A DNA stretch of 64,000 nt from an uncultured bacterium (lineage in GTDB: Bacteria; Hydrothermota; Tepidihabitantia; Tepidihabitantales; Tepidihabitantaceae), in contig CAZPVT010000006.1 in assembly GCA_964590395.1 (NCBI GenBank), forward strand, positions 4,093-68,092, written 5' to 3'. Positions 42,112-52,014 of this stretch are shown one piece after another (the stretch's first letter is position 1; each line of letters opens with the position of its first letter). The notes under the pieces were generated by a model. It saw nothing but the letters and a program-made list of their open reading frames with translations, was not told the origin of the DNA and did no database searches. The translations under genes and the position numbers were made by a program.

Positions 42112-42585
42112 TTAACCACCTTCGGATCTAATTCTGCATAAATTCGTACCGACAAATACGGCAAGCGAAATTATTCCTAATATAAATGCAATTAGTGAAA
42201 ACAAATTGAGAAATGAGGTCCATCGTGCCAATGTATTCTTTTGCTTTAATGCGTCCCTTTCCCCTTTTTGGTCGGCATCCAGCATATCACGGTATCGCCG
42301 AAGTGATCGGATACTGAACTTGAAACTTAACATTATAGTGAACAACGAAAACAACAATAATCCCCAGGCGCTAAATAATATCCATAGATATTTAGGGGAG
42401 GGCGCTATTAACCTGATAAATGTAATTGACAATCCCAATGCACCGCTTGACAGTGTTATAATGGCTTTATCAAATGTCTTTGTCGATTCTAATTCTAAAT
42501 TAATATTAATTTTTCGTTCGTCCAAATATACATCTTTAGGTAACTCTGGCAATTGTGAGGATTTTTGTGTCTCAGGGCAATTCAT
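42112..42585 (-). CDS. hypothetical membrane protein (3 predicted TM helices)
   Basis: Three hydrophobic segments after a ~50-aa soluble N-terminus. AT-rich gene. Its start is 15 nt after the GIY-YIG gene stop. Confidence 0.45.
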   Translation of the reverse strand: MNCPETQKSSQLPELPKDVYLDERKININLELESTKTFDKAIITLSSGALGLSITFIRLIAPSPKYLWILFSAWGLLLFSLFTIMLSFKFSIRSLRRYRDMLDADQKGERDALKQKNTLARWTSFLNLFSLIAFILGIISLAVFVGTNLCRIRSEGG

Positions 42586-42599
42586 AATAAATATGCGAT

Positions 42600-43361
42600 T
42601 TATGCCAATTTAACCCTGCCTTTTCGCAAGGCATCAAGCGAAATCCAGTTTCCGTCCTTTGTCTTGAACCGCCACCATGTCCAGCCATTTATAGACCGCC
42701 CTGTTGCTGCTTTTCCGGCTGATGACGGCGAATTAAATATTTTATTTTTCAACCTCTGCCAATCTGCGCTTCTGCTATCAAATGTGATTGTTCCATCTTT
42801 GCGTATTTGAGCAATGAATGTTTTCCCCTTGTATTCCATCCGAATGTGTAATCGCTTGAATACATATTCACTTAGTTTAGTTTTGTGTTTATTCGTTATT
42901 TTTCCTCTATCTTTTGCCCCCGATTTACTTTCTTCTTCTTCATCCGATATACTCCAACTCGTCCACTCTTCAATTTTTCGGTTTACACTTTCCCGCAAGC
43001 GTCGACGTAATTCATACATCAAGTCCTGTGAATCAATAAATTTACCTGTTACTCTATTCCCGGGCGGTTCTGCAATGCGAAGTATCAATGCTTCAAGCTC
43101 CTTCAGATGCTCATCGCCTTCGGTCAGATAGATACTGAAGCGGTTCCATTTGCCAGAATGGCGGTCACGCATATGACTGCGTAATCTCGATCGCAGATTT
43201 CTTGCTAATCCAACGTAATAAAGACGGTCATTCTTGTAAAGCGCATAGACGCCGTTTTTTCTTCTGATAAAATCGCGAATAACCTCAGGGGATTCGTCCA
43301 GCACTTCCCCAGCAACCCCCTCAAGATGCTGAACAACCAAACGCGTTGGTCTATATTTCAT
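42600..43361 (-). CDS. GIY-YIG nuclease-domain protein with DUF4357-like C-terminal domain
   Basis: GVYALYKNDRLYYVGLARNLRSRLRSH GIY-YIG motif. C-terminal FNSPSSAGKAATGRSINGWTWW motif that I recall as characteristic of DUF4357. Confidence 0.6.
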   Translation of the reverse strand: MKYRPTRLVVQHLEGVAGEVLDESPEVIRDFIRRKNGVYALYKNDRLYYVGLARNLRSRLRSHMRDRHSGKWNRFSIYLTEGDEHLKELEALILRIAEPPGNRVTGKFIDSQDLMYELRRRLRESVNRKIEEWTSWSISDEEEESKSGAKDRGKITNKHKTKLSEYVFKRLHIRMEYKGKTFIAQIRKDGTITFDSRSADWQRLKNKIFNSPSSAGKAATGRSINGWTWWRFKTKDGNWISLDALRKGRVKLA

Positions 43362-43521
43362 CAGTCACCCTTTTTATCAAACTTGAATTTCCGTTAGGAG
43401 AAATTTGACTGTATAGATATATCACGCAACATAACATCATTACTATTAACATTAACTAAATTTAAAATACTTGTCAAGAACTTGTATAACTCAAACACAT
43501 CTCCGAGATTTTGCCTTTTAG

Positions 43522-44859
43522 TTATCGGCTATTTCTCGGCTTGGCGCGGGATTTCTGAGCGAAATTAATCTTTAACGGTTTCAGGAACTGGTAGTATTGA
43601 TAACCGATATCCCGGGTGATTTCCGCTCCATTTTCAATAGGTTCATCGGCAGACTCACGGGAAATTCTTTTCAACTCCCTTTTTGCCAGTCCGTAAAAGG
43701 GGTTCAGTTCCAGTGCAATCTTTAGGAATAATTTAGCCGCACCCGATTCGCCCCGAACAAGATGGCAGGTTGCCTTATTGGCATAGACCCGGAAGATTTC
43801 CGGATAGGTAATTCTATTCTCCAAGAGGAAGGCAAAAAACCGGTTGATTCTCTTCAGGGCAGTGTCAAAATCCTCATTACTCAGCGATTCAATCACCTGA
43901 TGATATTTCTTATACATCGGCGGAATCGGATTTTTGGAAATGGTCAGATTTATATCGGGCAAGAGACCCTTTTCATTGGACTCCTTGACCTTCTCCAACG
44001 GGGTTTTATCACCCAATTTCTTTTGCGGGCAGAAACGGTAAAATCGTGCCAGCCTTTCCAGTATCAAAGCCACGGCAACATCATAGTCCATTCGGTCCGG
44101 TGGTAGTAAACTGAATATCAGATTCAGCAAAGCCGGAAATTCACCCACCGATTCATTATAAATCCATTCTTTAATTGTTGCCGTGTCAACAAATTTATTA
44201 AGACCAAACCTAAAGAGGACTTCTTGCAGGGCAACCTCCGCCTCCTTTAGGGTGGAAATCTCCCTAGGGACCTCCGCCTCGCCTTCCCTGCTTAAAATGT
44301 TACTCCAGATCACCTTGGGATTCCAATTCTCTTTTGAGCCGCGGAAGACCCTTTCCACCTCCGGGCTCATTTTGATTGGCGGCAACGGTGGTGCCGTGCT
44401 TACCAGTTCATAATGCTCTCCCACCTTTGCCACCCGGCCCGGAAATACCTGTCCCGCTGTGACACAAAAGGTTAACTGGTACTCTTTGACCCAATAGACC
44501 TTGCCGGTCTGAATGTTTTCCAAGAGTAGCCCCTCGCCCAATCTGACCTCTTTTATTTTATAAAAACCATAGCAGTTATCCTGCAGTTGCTTATAAACCT
44601 CAAGCCGGGCATCGTTCAAATTATCGGGGTTGGTTAAATAAAAGTCCTCAATAGGTGTCCGGCCATTGCTCAGTTTAAAATCATATACAAACCATTCGTT
44701 GAATAACCCGGATTCCACCTCGTCGCGGATTTTGATTTCATTAATCGGCGCTGAGGGGCTTAAATCAAAAAACTCTCTTAATGCGCCCAGGATATCCGGG
44801 TGAAATTTCGGATTAGAAAAATAATAATTCAAAATCATCTTAATCGTTCCGGGTTCCAT
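43522..44859 (-). CDS. hypothetical protein (445 aa; C-terminal TPR-like helices)
   Basis: Long ORF in low-GC island context. No motif recognised. Confidence 0.45.
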   Translation of the reverse strand: MEPGTIKMILNYYFSNPKFHPDILGALREFFDLSPSAPINEIKIRDEVESGLFNEWFVYDFKLSNGRTPIEDFYLTNPDNLNDARLEVYKQLQDNCYGFYKIKEVRLGEGLLLENIQTGKVYWVKEYQLTFCVTAGQVFPGRVAKVGEHYELVSTAPPLPPIKMSPEVERVFRGSKENWNPKVIWSNILSREGEAEVPREISTLKEAEVALQEVLFRFGLNKFVDTATIKEWIYNESVGEFPALLNLIFSLLPPDRMDYDVAVALILERLARFYRFCPQKKLGDKTPLEKVKESNEKGLLPDINLTISKNPIPPMYKKYHQVIESLSNEDFDTALKRINRFFAFLLENRITYPEIFRVYANKATCHLVRGESGAAKLFLKIALELNPFYGLAKRELKRISRESADEPIENGAEITRDIGYQYYQFLKPLKINFAQKSRAKPRNSR

Positions 44860-44930
44860 AATTTATATATAAATATTAAAAACCATTTGACTAAATTCAA
44901 ATACCCGCATTCTATTCCATTCCATTTATG

Positions 44931-45620
44931 TCAATCATCGGAGTTTGAACTGCCGGCACGATTTAATATCTCGCCAATCGCCATTTTGAGAATCTTGAAG
45001 TTTTCATTCAGATAGTATTTCCTGAACTCGGCATCAAGCAGAGAACCCAATTTGACCGTATAATCACGCCGGGTCAACTGGTCAATTCCGCGCTGAAGTT
45101 TTCTAACTATCCCGACATCTTCGGGCAGGTTCACCCCATTTTTAATTATAAACTCAATGTCAAACACATCCCTTATTTCCCGGCGTACCAGAAACGCATC
45201 AATCTTTGCCCGCAACATCTCATTTAATTTCGGCACGGTCACCAGGACCTGTGTCGTGGCATAGCGACTGTAGGCAATCGCCCTTTCCAGTTCTATACGC
45301 CTGGGTTCTTTTCGGATCTCAATCTTAAGCCGGCGCAGATATTCAACCGACTTCAGTTCCAGAAGCAGAGTAAAAAACTTGCTCTGCCGGTCGGTAAGCG
45401 TGTAATAGCCGGAAAGAAAATCAGCCAGATTTAAAAAGAAGCGCCGGTAATTTAGTTCCTTATTTACCCAGAAATCCAGGTCAACCGAGAACCGGTTTAA
45501 GCCATAACACAGCCTTAGCATCGTTCCGCCCGTAAAAATCAACCGGCTCAGAAACCTGCCGCTGTTTAACCGGTCCAGCACCTCAATTTCAAACCGCTCC
45601 TGCTGAATCAAATCCCGCAT
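44931..45620 (-). CDS. AbiEii/AbiGii-family nucleotidyltransferase toxin (type IV TA)
   Basis: FTGGTMLRLCYGLNRFSVDLDF motif typical of DUF1814/AbiEii. Confidence 0.75.
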   Translation of the reverse strand: MRDLIQQERFEIEVLDRLNSGRFLSRLIFTGGTMLRLCYGLNRFSVDLDFWVNKELNYRRFFLNLADFLSGYYTLTDRQSKFFTLLLELKSVEYLRRLKIEIRKEPRRIELERAIAYSRYATTQVLVTVPKLNEMLRAKIDAFLVRREIRDVFDIEFIIKNGVNLPEDVGIVRKLQRGIDQLTRRDYTVKLGSLLDAEFRKYYLNENFKILKMAIGEILNRAGSSNSDD

Positions 45621-46204
45621 AGTTTTTCAATTACCTTTCTGGTTTTAACCGGGTAAACCCGGACAATCCGCTGCAACTCCTTTTTGTCCAACCGGCTAAG
45701 GTCAAGCGCGGCAAAATCAAGCCGGTATTTACCAAAGGAATAAAGATATAACGCATCAATCAGCGCCTTCTCCGGTGTGGCAATAAAAAAACCATCCTTT
45801 CTGAGAAAACTGAAATAAACACCTTTCTTTAACTTGTAATACACAAACTGCTTGCCCTGAATTTCAAACTGAACTGTCCTTTTCACCCCGCAACTTTCTA
45901 TATAACCCGGTTGGACCTGAGTTGTTATCCCGTAAAAACCAAGTGCGGTGGTTAAGGAAACATACGAAGGAACCTGCAGGATATTGGCAATCTGAAACAA
46001 CTCCACCTGGGAAAAACCCTGCCAATTCTGGGCTAATGTGTAAACCCCCTTTTTCAAACGGATAAAAACCCCCTTTTTACAGTTCCGGCTGACCAGCACC
46101 CTTATTGAACCCGGCTGTTTTTGCCCGATGCTTATCAGGTCATCTAAGGTAAAGAACAGTTTCCGGCTCAGCCGTTGTAATAACGCCCATTCCTTATTAA
46201 GCAT
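45608..46204 (-). CDS. AbiEi-family antitoxin / transcriptional regulator
   Basis: Located immediately upstream of, and overlapping, the AbiEii gene. Its ~200-aa size and N-terminal wHTH-like region fit AbiEi. Confidence 0.55.
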   Translation of the reverse strand: MLNKEWALLQRLSRKLFFTLDDLISIGQKQPGSIRVLVSRNCKKGVFIRLKKGVYTLAQNWQGFSQVELFQIANILQVPSYVSLTTALGFYGITTQVQPGYIESCGVKRTVQFEIQGKQFVYYKLKKGVYFSFLRKDGFFIATPEKALIDALYLYSFGKYRLDFAALDLSRLDKKELQRIVRVYPVKTRKVIEKLCGI

Positions 46205-46376
46205 AGATAGTTAACAATTCTGTTAATTATATATCCCTACAACCGCTGGTCAACTATCTGCGAAATCCTGTTTTGACTTGGCATTCTCGGTTTTAATCAG
46301 ATACCAGCCATTTGATAGTAGCTTTACCTCTCTAATCTGGCGGCGAAATTTACCTCTGCCCCAGTATTCACCAACC

Positions 46377-47961
46377 TTAATTTCTTTCACGTTTCACCTC
46401 GTAAATAATTAGATACTGATGGGTTAATTTAAGATAACCATTAAAATCGGGCAAAGTCCCTTGACTCTCTTTAACTAACACGATTATCTCTTTGAGCGCC
46501 AATTGCTGATTATCAACAAGATCAACAATCCTTTTTGCCAATTGCTCAATAAAACCATTTATCCGAACATCTTGAGTTTGAATCGCCACAAACCCGTTAT
46601 CTTTCATTGTCGACACCAACCCATTGACTATCTCCTCTATCTTCCCCAGATACTCATCAACCGAAAAACCTGATTGCCACTGAGACCATCCTGGTGATTT
46701 GATATAAAGTAAACCCATTTCGCCTTTGATCCTTCCGGGTTTAACTTCGCCCTTTCGCCTGCCAGTACTATCCAGCATCACGCTCAAACAGTCTCCTCCC
46801 GTTCCATAACGGGCAAGAACATTACTATCCAGCGACCGGTCAAACTCCTCCTCCGGGAAAACCCAGACCGTGGTGGTCTGAAAAGTTTTCATTCTTTCGC
46901 TGATAATTGGCACCTTTTTTAACACCAGCGGTTTACTAATTACCTCCCTTACCTGTGCCTGATATTCACGTCTGGCATCAACCGGCTTTTCGAAAATCGG
47001 CAGATACTCATGGGCAAGAAGAAGAAAGTTATGCTCAATACTGCTTTTATACCAGAAACCGGTGGTTTTGCAGTTGTGCTGACGCTTGATCACCAATTCG
47101 CGCAACTTAAAACCCGCGGAAAGATAAACATTGATAAGTTCAAACCCCAGAGGTAAAATATGTCTCTTCCGACGCAAATCACCGATCAATATTGCACATT
47201 GTCGGCCTGGTTTCAAAACCCGAAAACTCTCCTCCGCCACATCTCTCATTGCGGCTAAAAAATCATCAACATCAAGTAACGAGAGATCTCCTTCCTTACC
47301 ATCGGTATAATGAATAATGTTTGCATAAGGTGGATGGGCACAGATTAAATCCACTGAGTTGACTTCTAAAAAAGATAGATTCCTGGCATCCCCAACTAAA
47401 AGTTCTGGCTCATAAACTGAAGAATCCAACTCATCACCGGTTAATTTCAACTGGGGGGCTAAAACATTAAATGCGAGATTCCGCCGTGCCAGTTCAATTG
47501 CCTTTTCGTTGATATCCAGTGCAATACACCGCCGGCCAAGAAGTTTTACACTCAATCGCAGTTGTCCCTGCTCCACAGAAATAATCTAAAACCAACTCGT
47601 TGGGTTGAGAATAACGGAGTATTACATTCCTTGGTATATACGGGGACCAGTTACCCCGATACTCCCCACTATGCGTTGCCCAATTTCCTCTTTGTTTGAA
47701 ACTCCATACTGTTGTCGTTTCCAAAATAAACCCTACCGGCTGAAGTTGTTTTATTCTGTTTTCCGGCTTTAATCGGCTAACATTCAACCCATGTGTCTTG
47801 GTAATCAGTCTCTCAATGTATCTGAAGGTTACCCCGTATTTTTTACCAATCTCAACATCCGGCGTTCCCTTTGTCTTCTCGAGCAAAATCGCCTGATCCA
47901 CTGAACTTTTACTTTGCTTTCTCACTCTGCTTGACATACCTAACCTTATTAAACATATCAA
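46377..47961 (-). pseudogene. N4/N6 DNA methyltransferase disrupted by a +1 frameshift in an A4 run (two overlapping ORFs)
   Basis: The upstream ORF ends ...VLDYFCGAGTTAIECK in frame A. Frame B continues LLGRRCIALDINEKAIELARRNL ... DLICAHPPY (motif IV-like). Deleting one A at 47544-47547 (coding-strand AAAA) fuses them into a ~528-aa MTase with an N-terminal HTH. Confidence 0.65.
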
Positions 47962-48000
47962 TAACCAAAAGTCAATAAGGTTTTCCCTTACTGTGAAATA

Positions 48001-48396
48001 TCACTCCTCGGGCTCGGGCACCGCAAACGCCTCGTCCCGGATGCGCTCCAGAACCTGCCGGTCCAAGGTCCTTGCCACCCATTTCTCAAGTAGGACATTC
48101 ACTTCCCGCACCAAGGAAGGTCCGGAAAACTTAAGCATCCGGCTGAAAATCTCCCGGGCAAAGTTGAGATAAAATGGATACAAAATCGTCGGCACATCTG
48201 CGGAGTTAAGCACCTGTTTTGCCCGGGTCTCAATCGCCACCAGCAGCGCCTGCGCCGCCTCGGTGTTGCGCTCCATTGAACCCCGCATATCCTTAAGCGT
48301 GGCACAGACCCTTTCCGGTCGGGTCTTCACCCGCCACTTTTCTATCCTTTTAACTGTATCATTTTTCATCTTAAACTCCTTTCGTTTTGCCTTCAC
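48001..48396 (-). CDS. hypothetical protein (131 aa)
   Basis: An ORF with coding character immediately upstream of the methyltransferase. Confidence 0.35.
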   Translation of the reverse strand: MKAKRKEFKMKNDTVKRIEKWRVKTRPERVCATLKDMRGSMERNTEAAQALLVAIETRAKQVLNSADVPTILYPFYLNFAREIFSRMLKFSGPSLVREVNVLLEKWVARTLDRQVLERIRDEAFAVPEPEE

Positions 48397-48548
48397 TATA
48401 TAAGATGCCGGAAACTCCCGATTATTAACACATAATTTTAATGTAAATATAAGTATTTGTTTTTGAAAATATTAATTAAATATATAATAAAATTTCTAAG
48501 ATAATACCCTGCCCGGGGCTTGCCCCCTGGCGGTTAACAGGACAGTGG

Positions 48549-49259
48549 TTATTGTTTTCGGGATCTCCTGTTGGGCACCGGAATTAAAACTGGCACCGTC
48601 TGGCAGTACCGTTCGTAATCCGGTTTCATTATCTCCTTTAACAAACGCTCCTCATAACGCACCTGAAGATAGACAAGCGGTATCCCTAAAACCAGTGCCA
48701 GGATCAACCCGCCATAGGAGTTGAAAACCAGCGCCGAGCCCAAAAGCACCAGCACAATCGCAAAATAGCGCGGATGACGGCAGAGTCTCTGCCACCTTAA
48801 ACCCAGAAACCTTTTTACCGGAATTATCAACTCCGCACCACCCGATTTTGTCTGGACAATTCCCAACAGGGCAAAAAGCGTTGCCAGACGCAGATAAACC
48901 CCGAGTCCCAATATCACCAGTCCGATAATCCCGGTAATGAGAGCAGGAATCGGTATCTGGGTCCAGCGCCACCAGATATAATCACCCCCGAGATACCCGA
49001 GATAGGGATAGAAGAAGAAAGCAAAGATCGCGCGCCAGAGTGGATTGGGCTCCACCACCCCGGACTGGAAAAATGGCGAACCGAAGTAATACTCCAGTCC
49101 GAGCCAGAGGATAAAGATATAGGCAAAAATCAGGGGCAGGGTCATCTGTTCAGGAATCGCATCCCGGAAAAAGTTGGTAAAGAAGACCAGAAAGTAACCG
49201 GTTGTCAGTACGGTCCAGATGAACCTGCCGGATTTGAACTTTAAAACAAACCGGCTCAT
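48549..49259 (-). CDS. isoprenylcysteine carboxyl methyltransferase (ICMT/PEMT) family membrane protein
   Basis: Multi-TM with RHPRYFAIVLVLLG and a C-terminal EER...Y..Y motif. The start is moved to the Met at MSRFV.. to avoid a 74-nt overlap. Confidence 0.6.
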   Translation of the reverse strand: MSRFVLKFKSGRFIWTVLTTGYFLVFFTNFFRDAIPEQMTLPLIFAYIFILWLGLEYYFGSPFFQSGVVEPNPLWRAIFAFFFYPYLGYLGGDYIWWRWTQIPIPALITGIIGLVILGLGVYLRLATLFALLGIVQTKSGGAELIIPVKRFLGLRWQRLCRHPRYFAIVLVLLGSALVFNSYGGLILALVLGIPLVYLQVRYEERLLKEIMKPDYERYCQTVPVLIPVPNRRSRKQ

Positions 49260-49260
49260 C

Positions 49261-50478
49261 TTACCTCTTTCCCCGGGATTGAAGAATACAAGCGAGGTAA
49301 TCCACCAACCGCAGTTCAGATAACTCAAAATCACTCACCTTGAAATCCGGTTGTCTTTTCAGCAAACCAAAAGTCGTTCCCAGGCGATAGACCTGCTGGC
49401 TGGATATCCTGTTAGCCAGTTTCGGCGCCAAAATCACCTTAACACCGGGCAGACTCAAAAGCCGTTTGAGCTCCACCCCGGTAATGTTAAAAATCACCAG
49501 TTTTCCCGGTTCCGGAAGGATACCACCCAGTTTACCCCGGGTTACAGGACCAGGCAGAATGGTATCCAGCACAAGTGTGCTATCATCATAGACAAAACCG
49601 TCAATCAACCCCAGTTTTAAGATGCCATCGACGAGCATCTTTGATAACTCTGCCGGTAAAATCCTTACCCGGGTAACCATCACCGTTTCGTTTGCTACCG
49701 TCGCCCGGTTCTGGAAAAACGAGTCAAATACCGCCTGCACCACCGGTGAGGGCTTAACATTCTCAAGCACCATCCTGCCTCTATTCATCTCGATCAACCG
49801 TTGGCCAAAAAAAGCCAGGTCATAAACGGTGATACTGTCCTGAACTGTGCTCACCACCAGGTCATAGCCTGGAATTTCGATCCTCTCGCCCGGAGGAACT
49901 AAAAGGATGTTGAAACCTCCCCTGTTCCTCAACAGTCCGAGCACCCGCCTTGCCGCATACGCCGGAGAGAGATAATTGACACCCTTCAACCGGTAGTAAA
50001 CTGAACCGGAGCCCGTAAGCAGTGCGGTAACACCAATAACGAGATTGTCAACTGTTTTGACAAACCAGTTATGAGCGATGGGTAACCCGGCGGTGTCCTC
50101 AAGGTTACCCGCAAGGAGGAAAAAACGCGCCCGGTCAATTAATTTCTTTACCGAACAGGTGCCAAGTTTCAGCCATTCCGGGTTGAGTATCTGAGCATCA
50201 ATGCCTGCGCTGTTTAAGAGCGCAACCTCTATATCAGCCCGATCCTCGAGCTCAAACTGCTGGTCAAAGATGAGCCTACCGGTGCCCAGCCAGAGCACCC
50301 CGTTCCTCTGCTTCATCTCTGAAATCAGGTTTGCCATTTTTACCAGTTCGGTAACGGTCAGATTACCGCTGACCAGTAAGGTCAAACGGTGTGGTGCCTG
50401 TTTCACCACCGCACGGGCACAACCACCGCCGATCAAACCGACGGCAAAAATCACACATAAACACGCCAGATATTTCAT
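49261..50478 (-). CDS. hypothetical lipoprotein
   Basis: Signal peptide + lipobox (LIGGGC). Confidence 0.4.
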   Translation of the reverse strand: MKYLACLCVIFAVGLIGGGCARAVVKQAPHRLTLLVSGNLTVTELVKMANLISEMKQRNGVLWLGTGRLIFDQQFELEDRADIEVALLNSAGIDAQILNPEWLKLGTCSVKKLIDRARFFLLAGNLEDTAGLPIAHNWFVKTVDNLVIGVTALLTGSGSVYYRLKGVNYLSPAYAARRVLGLLRNRGGFNILLVPPGERIEIPGYDLVVSTVQDSITVYDLAFFGQRLIEMNRGRMVLENVKPSPVVQAVFDSFFQNRATVANETVMVTRVRILPAELSKMLVDGILKLGLIDGFVYDDSTLVLDTILPGPVTRGKLGGILPEPGKLVIFNITGVELKRLLSLPGVKVILAPKLANRISSQQVYRLGTTFGLLKRQPDFKVSDFELSELRLVDYLACILQSRGKR

Positions 50479-50570
50479 CGCGGTCAGTTCTTGGGATTAT
50501 ATTCGCCTGTCAGCAACTGTCAACCACCACGCTTGACTTTAATAATTGGCCGATTAATCTTAAAACATCC

Positions 50571-50641
50571 TGGGGGATCGTCTAACGGTAGGACGGCTGG
50601 CTCTGGACCAGCTAGTCGGGGTTCGAATCCCTGTCCCCCAG
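50571..50641 (+). tRNA. tRNA-Gln (anticodon CUG)
   Basis: U1:A72 acceptor typical of tRNA-Gln. Anticodon loop CTCTGGA. T-loop TTCGAAT. Confidence 0.85.
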
Positions 50642-50667
50642 TTTCATTACGAGATCCGCTCCGGCCT

Positions 50668-51957
50668 TTATTTCTCTGGCGGGTTAGGCTTACCTCTTTT
50701 TCTGAGTTCTGCCTCAAAACCCCGGCCTGTGGGAAAGTAATATTTTCTGCCTTGGAGCGACGGTGGTAAATGCTCCTGCTCTACCCGGGCATCGGGAAAG
50801 TCGTGGGCATATTTGTAATCCTTACCATAACCCAGACTCTCCATAAGCGGTGTAACCGGATTACGCAAATGGAGTGGCACCGGTTCGGTTAAACTGTTTA
50901 AGGCATCCTCTTTTGCCCGGTTATATGCCTCGTAAACCGCATTGGACTTTGGTGCCAGCGCCAGATAGATTACCGCCTGTGCCAGTGCGGTGTTACCCTC
51001 CGGCATACCGACAAAATGCACCGCCTCCTTTGCGGCGTTGGCAATTAACAGCGCATCCGGGTCTGCCAGGCCAACATCCTCAGAGGCAAACCGCACCAGC
51101 CGGCGCACAATATAAAGCGGGTCCTCACCTGCCTCCAGCATCCGGGCAAGCCAGTAGAGCGCACCATCCGGATCTGAATCCCGCAAAGATTTGTGCAGAG
51201 CAGAGATCAGATTGAAGTGCTCCTCTCCCCCCTTGTCATACAACAGAAACTTCCGCTGAATTACATCCTGCGCCAGCGAAAGTGTTACCTTCCTTTTTCC
51301 CGCCTTATCCGGCTCAGCAGAAATGACCGCCAGGTCCAGCGCGGTTAAAGCCACCCGGGCATCACCCTGCGCAATTACCGTAAAGTAGTCAAGCACCGCA
51401 TCATCAATCAACGGATTCAGTTGAACAAGCCCCTGCTCCGAACTAAGCGCCCGGCGCATCAGTAACTTCAAATCATCAGGTGAAAGCTGGTTCAGGACAT
51501 AAACCCGGGTCCGGGAAAGGAGCGGTGCGATCACCTCAAAGGATGGGTTCTCGGTGGTGGCGCCGATCAGGGTGATCAAGCCGGACTCCACATATGGCAG
51601 AAGCGCATCCTGCTGTGCCTTGTTGAACCGGTGAATCTCATCAATAAACAGAATTGTCCGGCGTTTAAACAACTGCTGGTTTTCCTGTGCCCTTTTTACC
51701 GCCTTGCGGATATCGCTGACACCTGCGGTAACCGCGGAGATCTGGATAAAATCGGCATTTGTATGCCGTGCGATGGCAAGCGCGAGCGTGGTTTTGCCTG
51801 AACCGGGCGGACCCCAGAAAATCATTGAGTGCAGTTCACCCCGTTCCAGCATCCGGCGAAAGGGCTTATCCTTACCCAGCAGATGCTCCTGTCCAACAAT
51901 CTCATCCAGTTCCTTCGGTCGCATCCGGTCCGCAAGCGGAGTCAACTGCAGTGCCAT
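50668..51957 (-). CDS. rarA: replication-associated recombination protein A (AAA+ ATPase)
   Basis: [13 protein letters not shown] Walker A. MgsA/RarA C-terminal domains. Confidence 0.9.
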   Translation of the reverse strand: MALQLTPLADRMRPKELDEIVGQEHLLGKDKPFRRMLERGELHSMIFWGPPGSGKTTLALAIARHTNADFIQISAVTAGVSDIRKAVKRAQENQQLFKRRTILFIDEIHRFNKAQQDALLPYVESGLITLIGATTENPSFEVIAPLLSRTRVYVLNQLSPDDLKLLMRRALSSEQGLVQLNPLIDDAVLDYFTVIAQGDARVALTALDLAVISAEPDKAGKRKVTLSLAQDVIQRKFLLYDKGGEEHFNLISALHKSLRDSDPDGALYWLARMLEAGEDPLYIVRRLVRFASEDVGLADPDALLIANAAKEAVHFVGMPEGNTALAQAVIYLALAPKSNAVYEAYNRAKEDALNSLTEPVPLHLRNPVTPLMESLGYGKDYKYAHDFPDARVEQEHLPPSLQGRKYYFPTGRGFEAELRKRGKPNPPEK

Positions 51958-52014
51958 CAGGCTATTATAACCTTTTAATTACCAAGTAGCAAGCCCGCAC
52001 CTGATGGTGAGAGG

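Noticed and set aside
50491-50769. ORFs on both strands overlapping tRNA-Gln (50491..50769 + and 50520..50717 -)
   Set aside because: They span the tRNA-Gln gene and its flanks, and are artefacts of GC-rich structured RNA.
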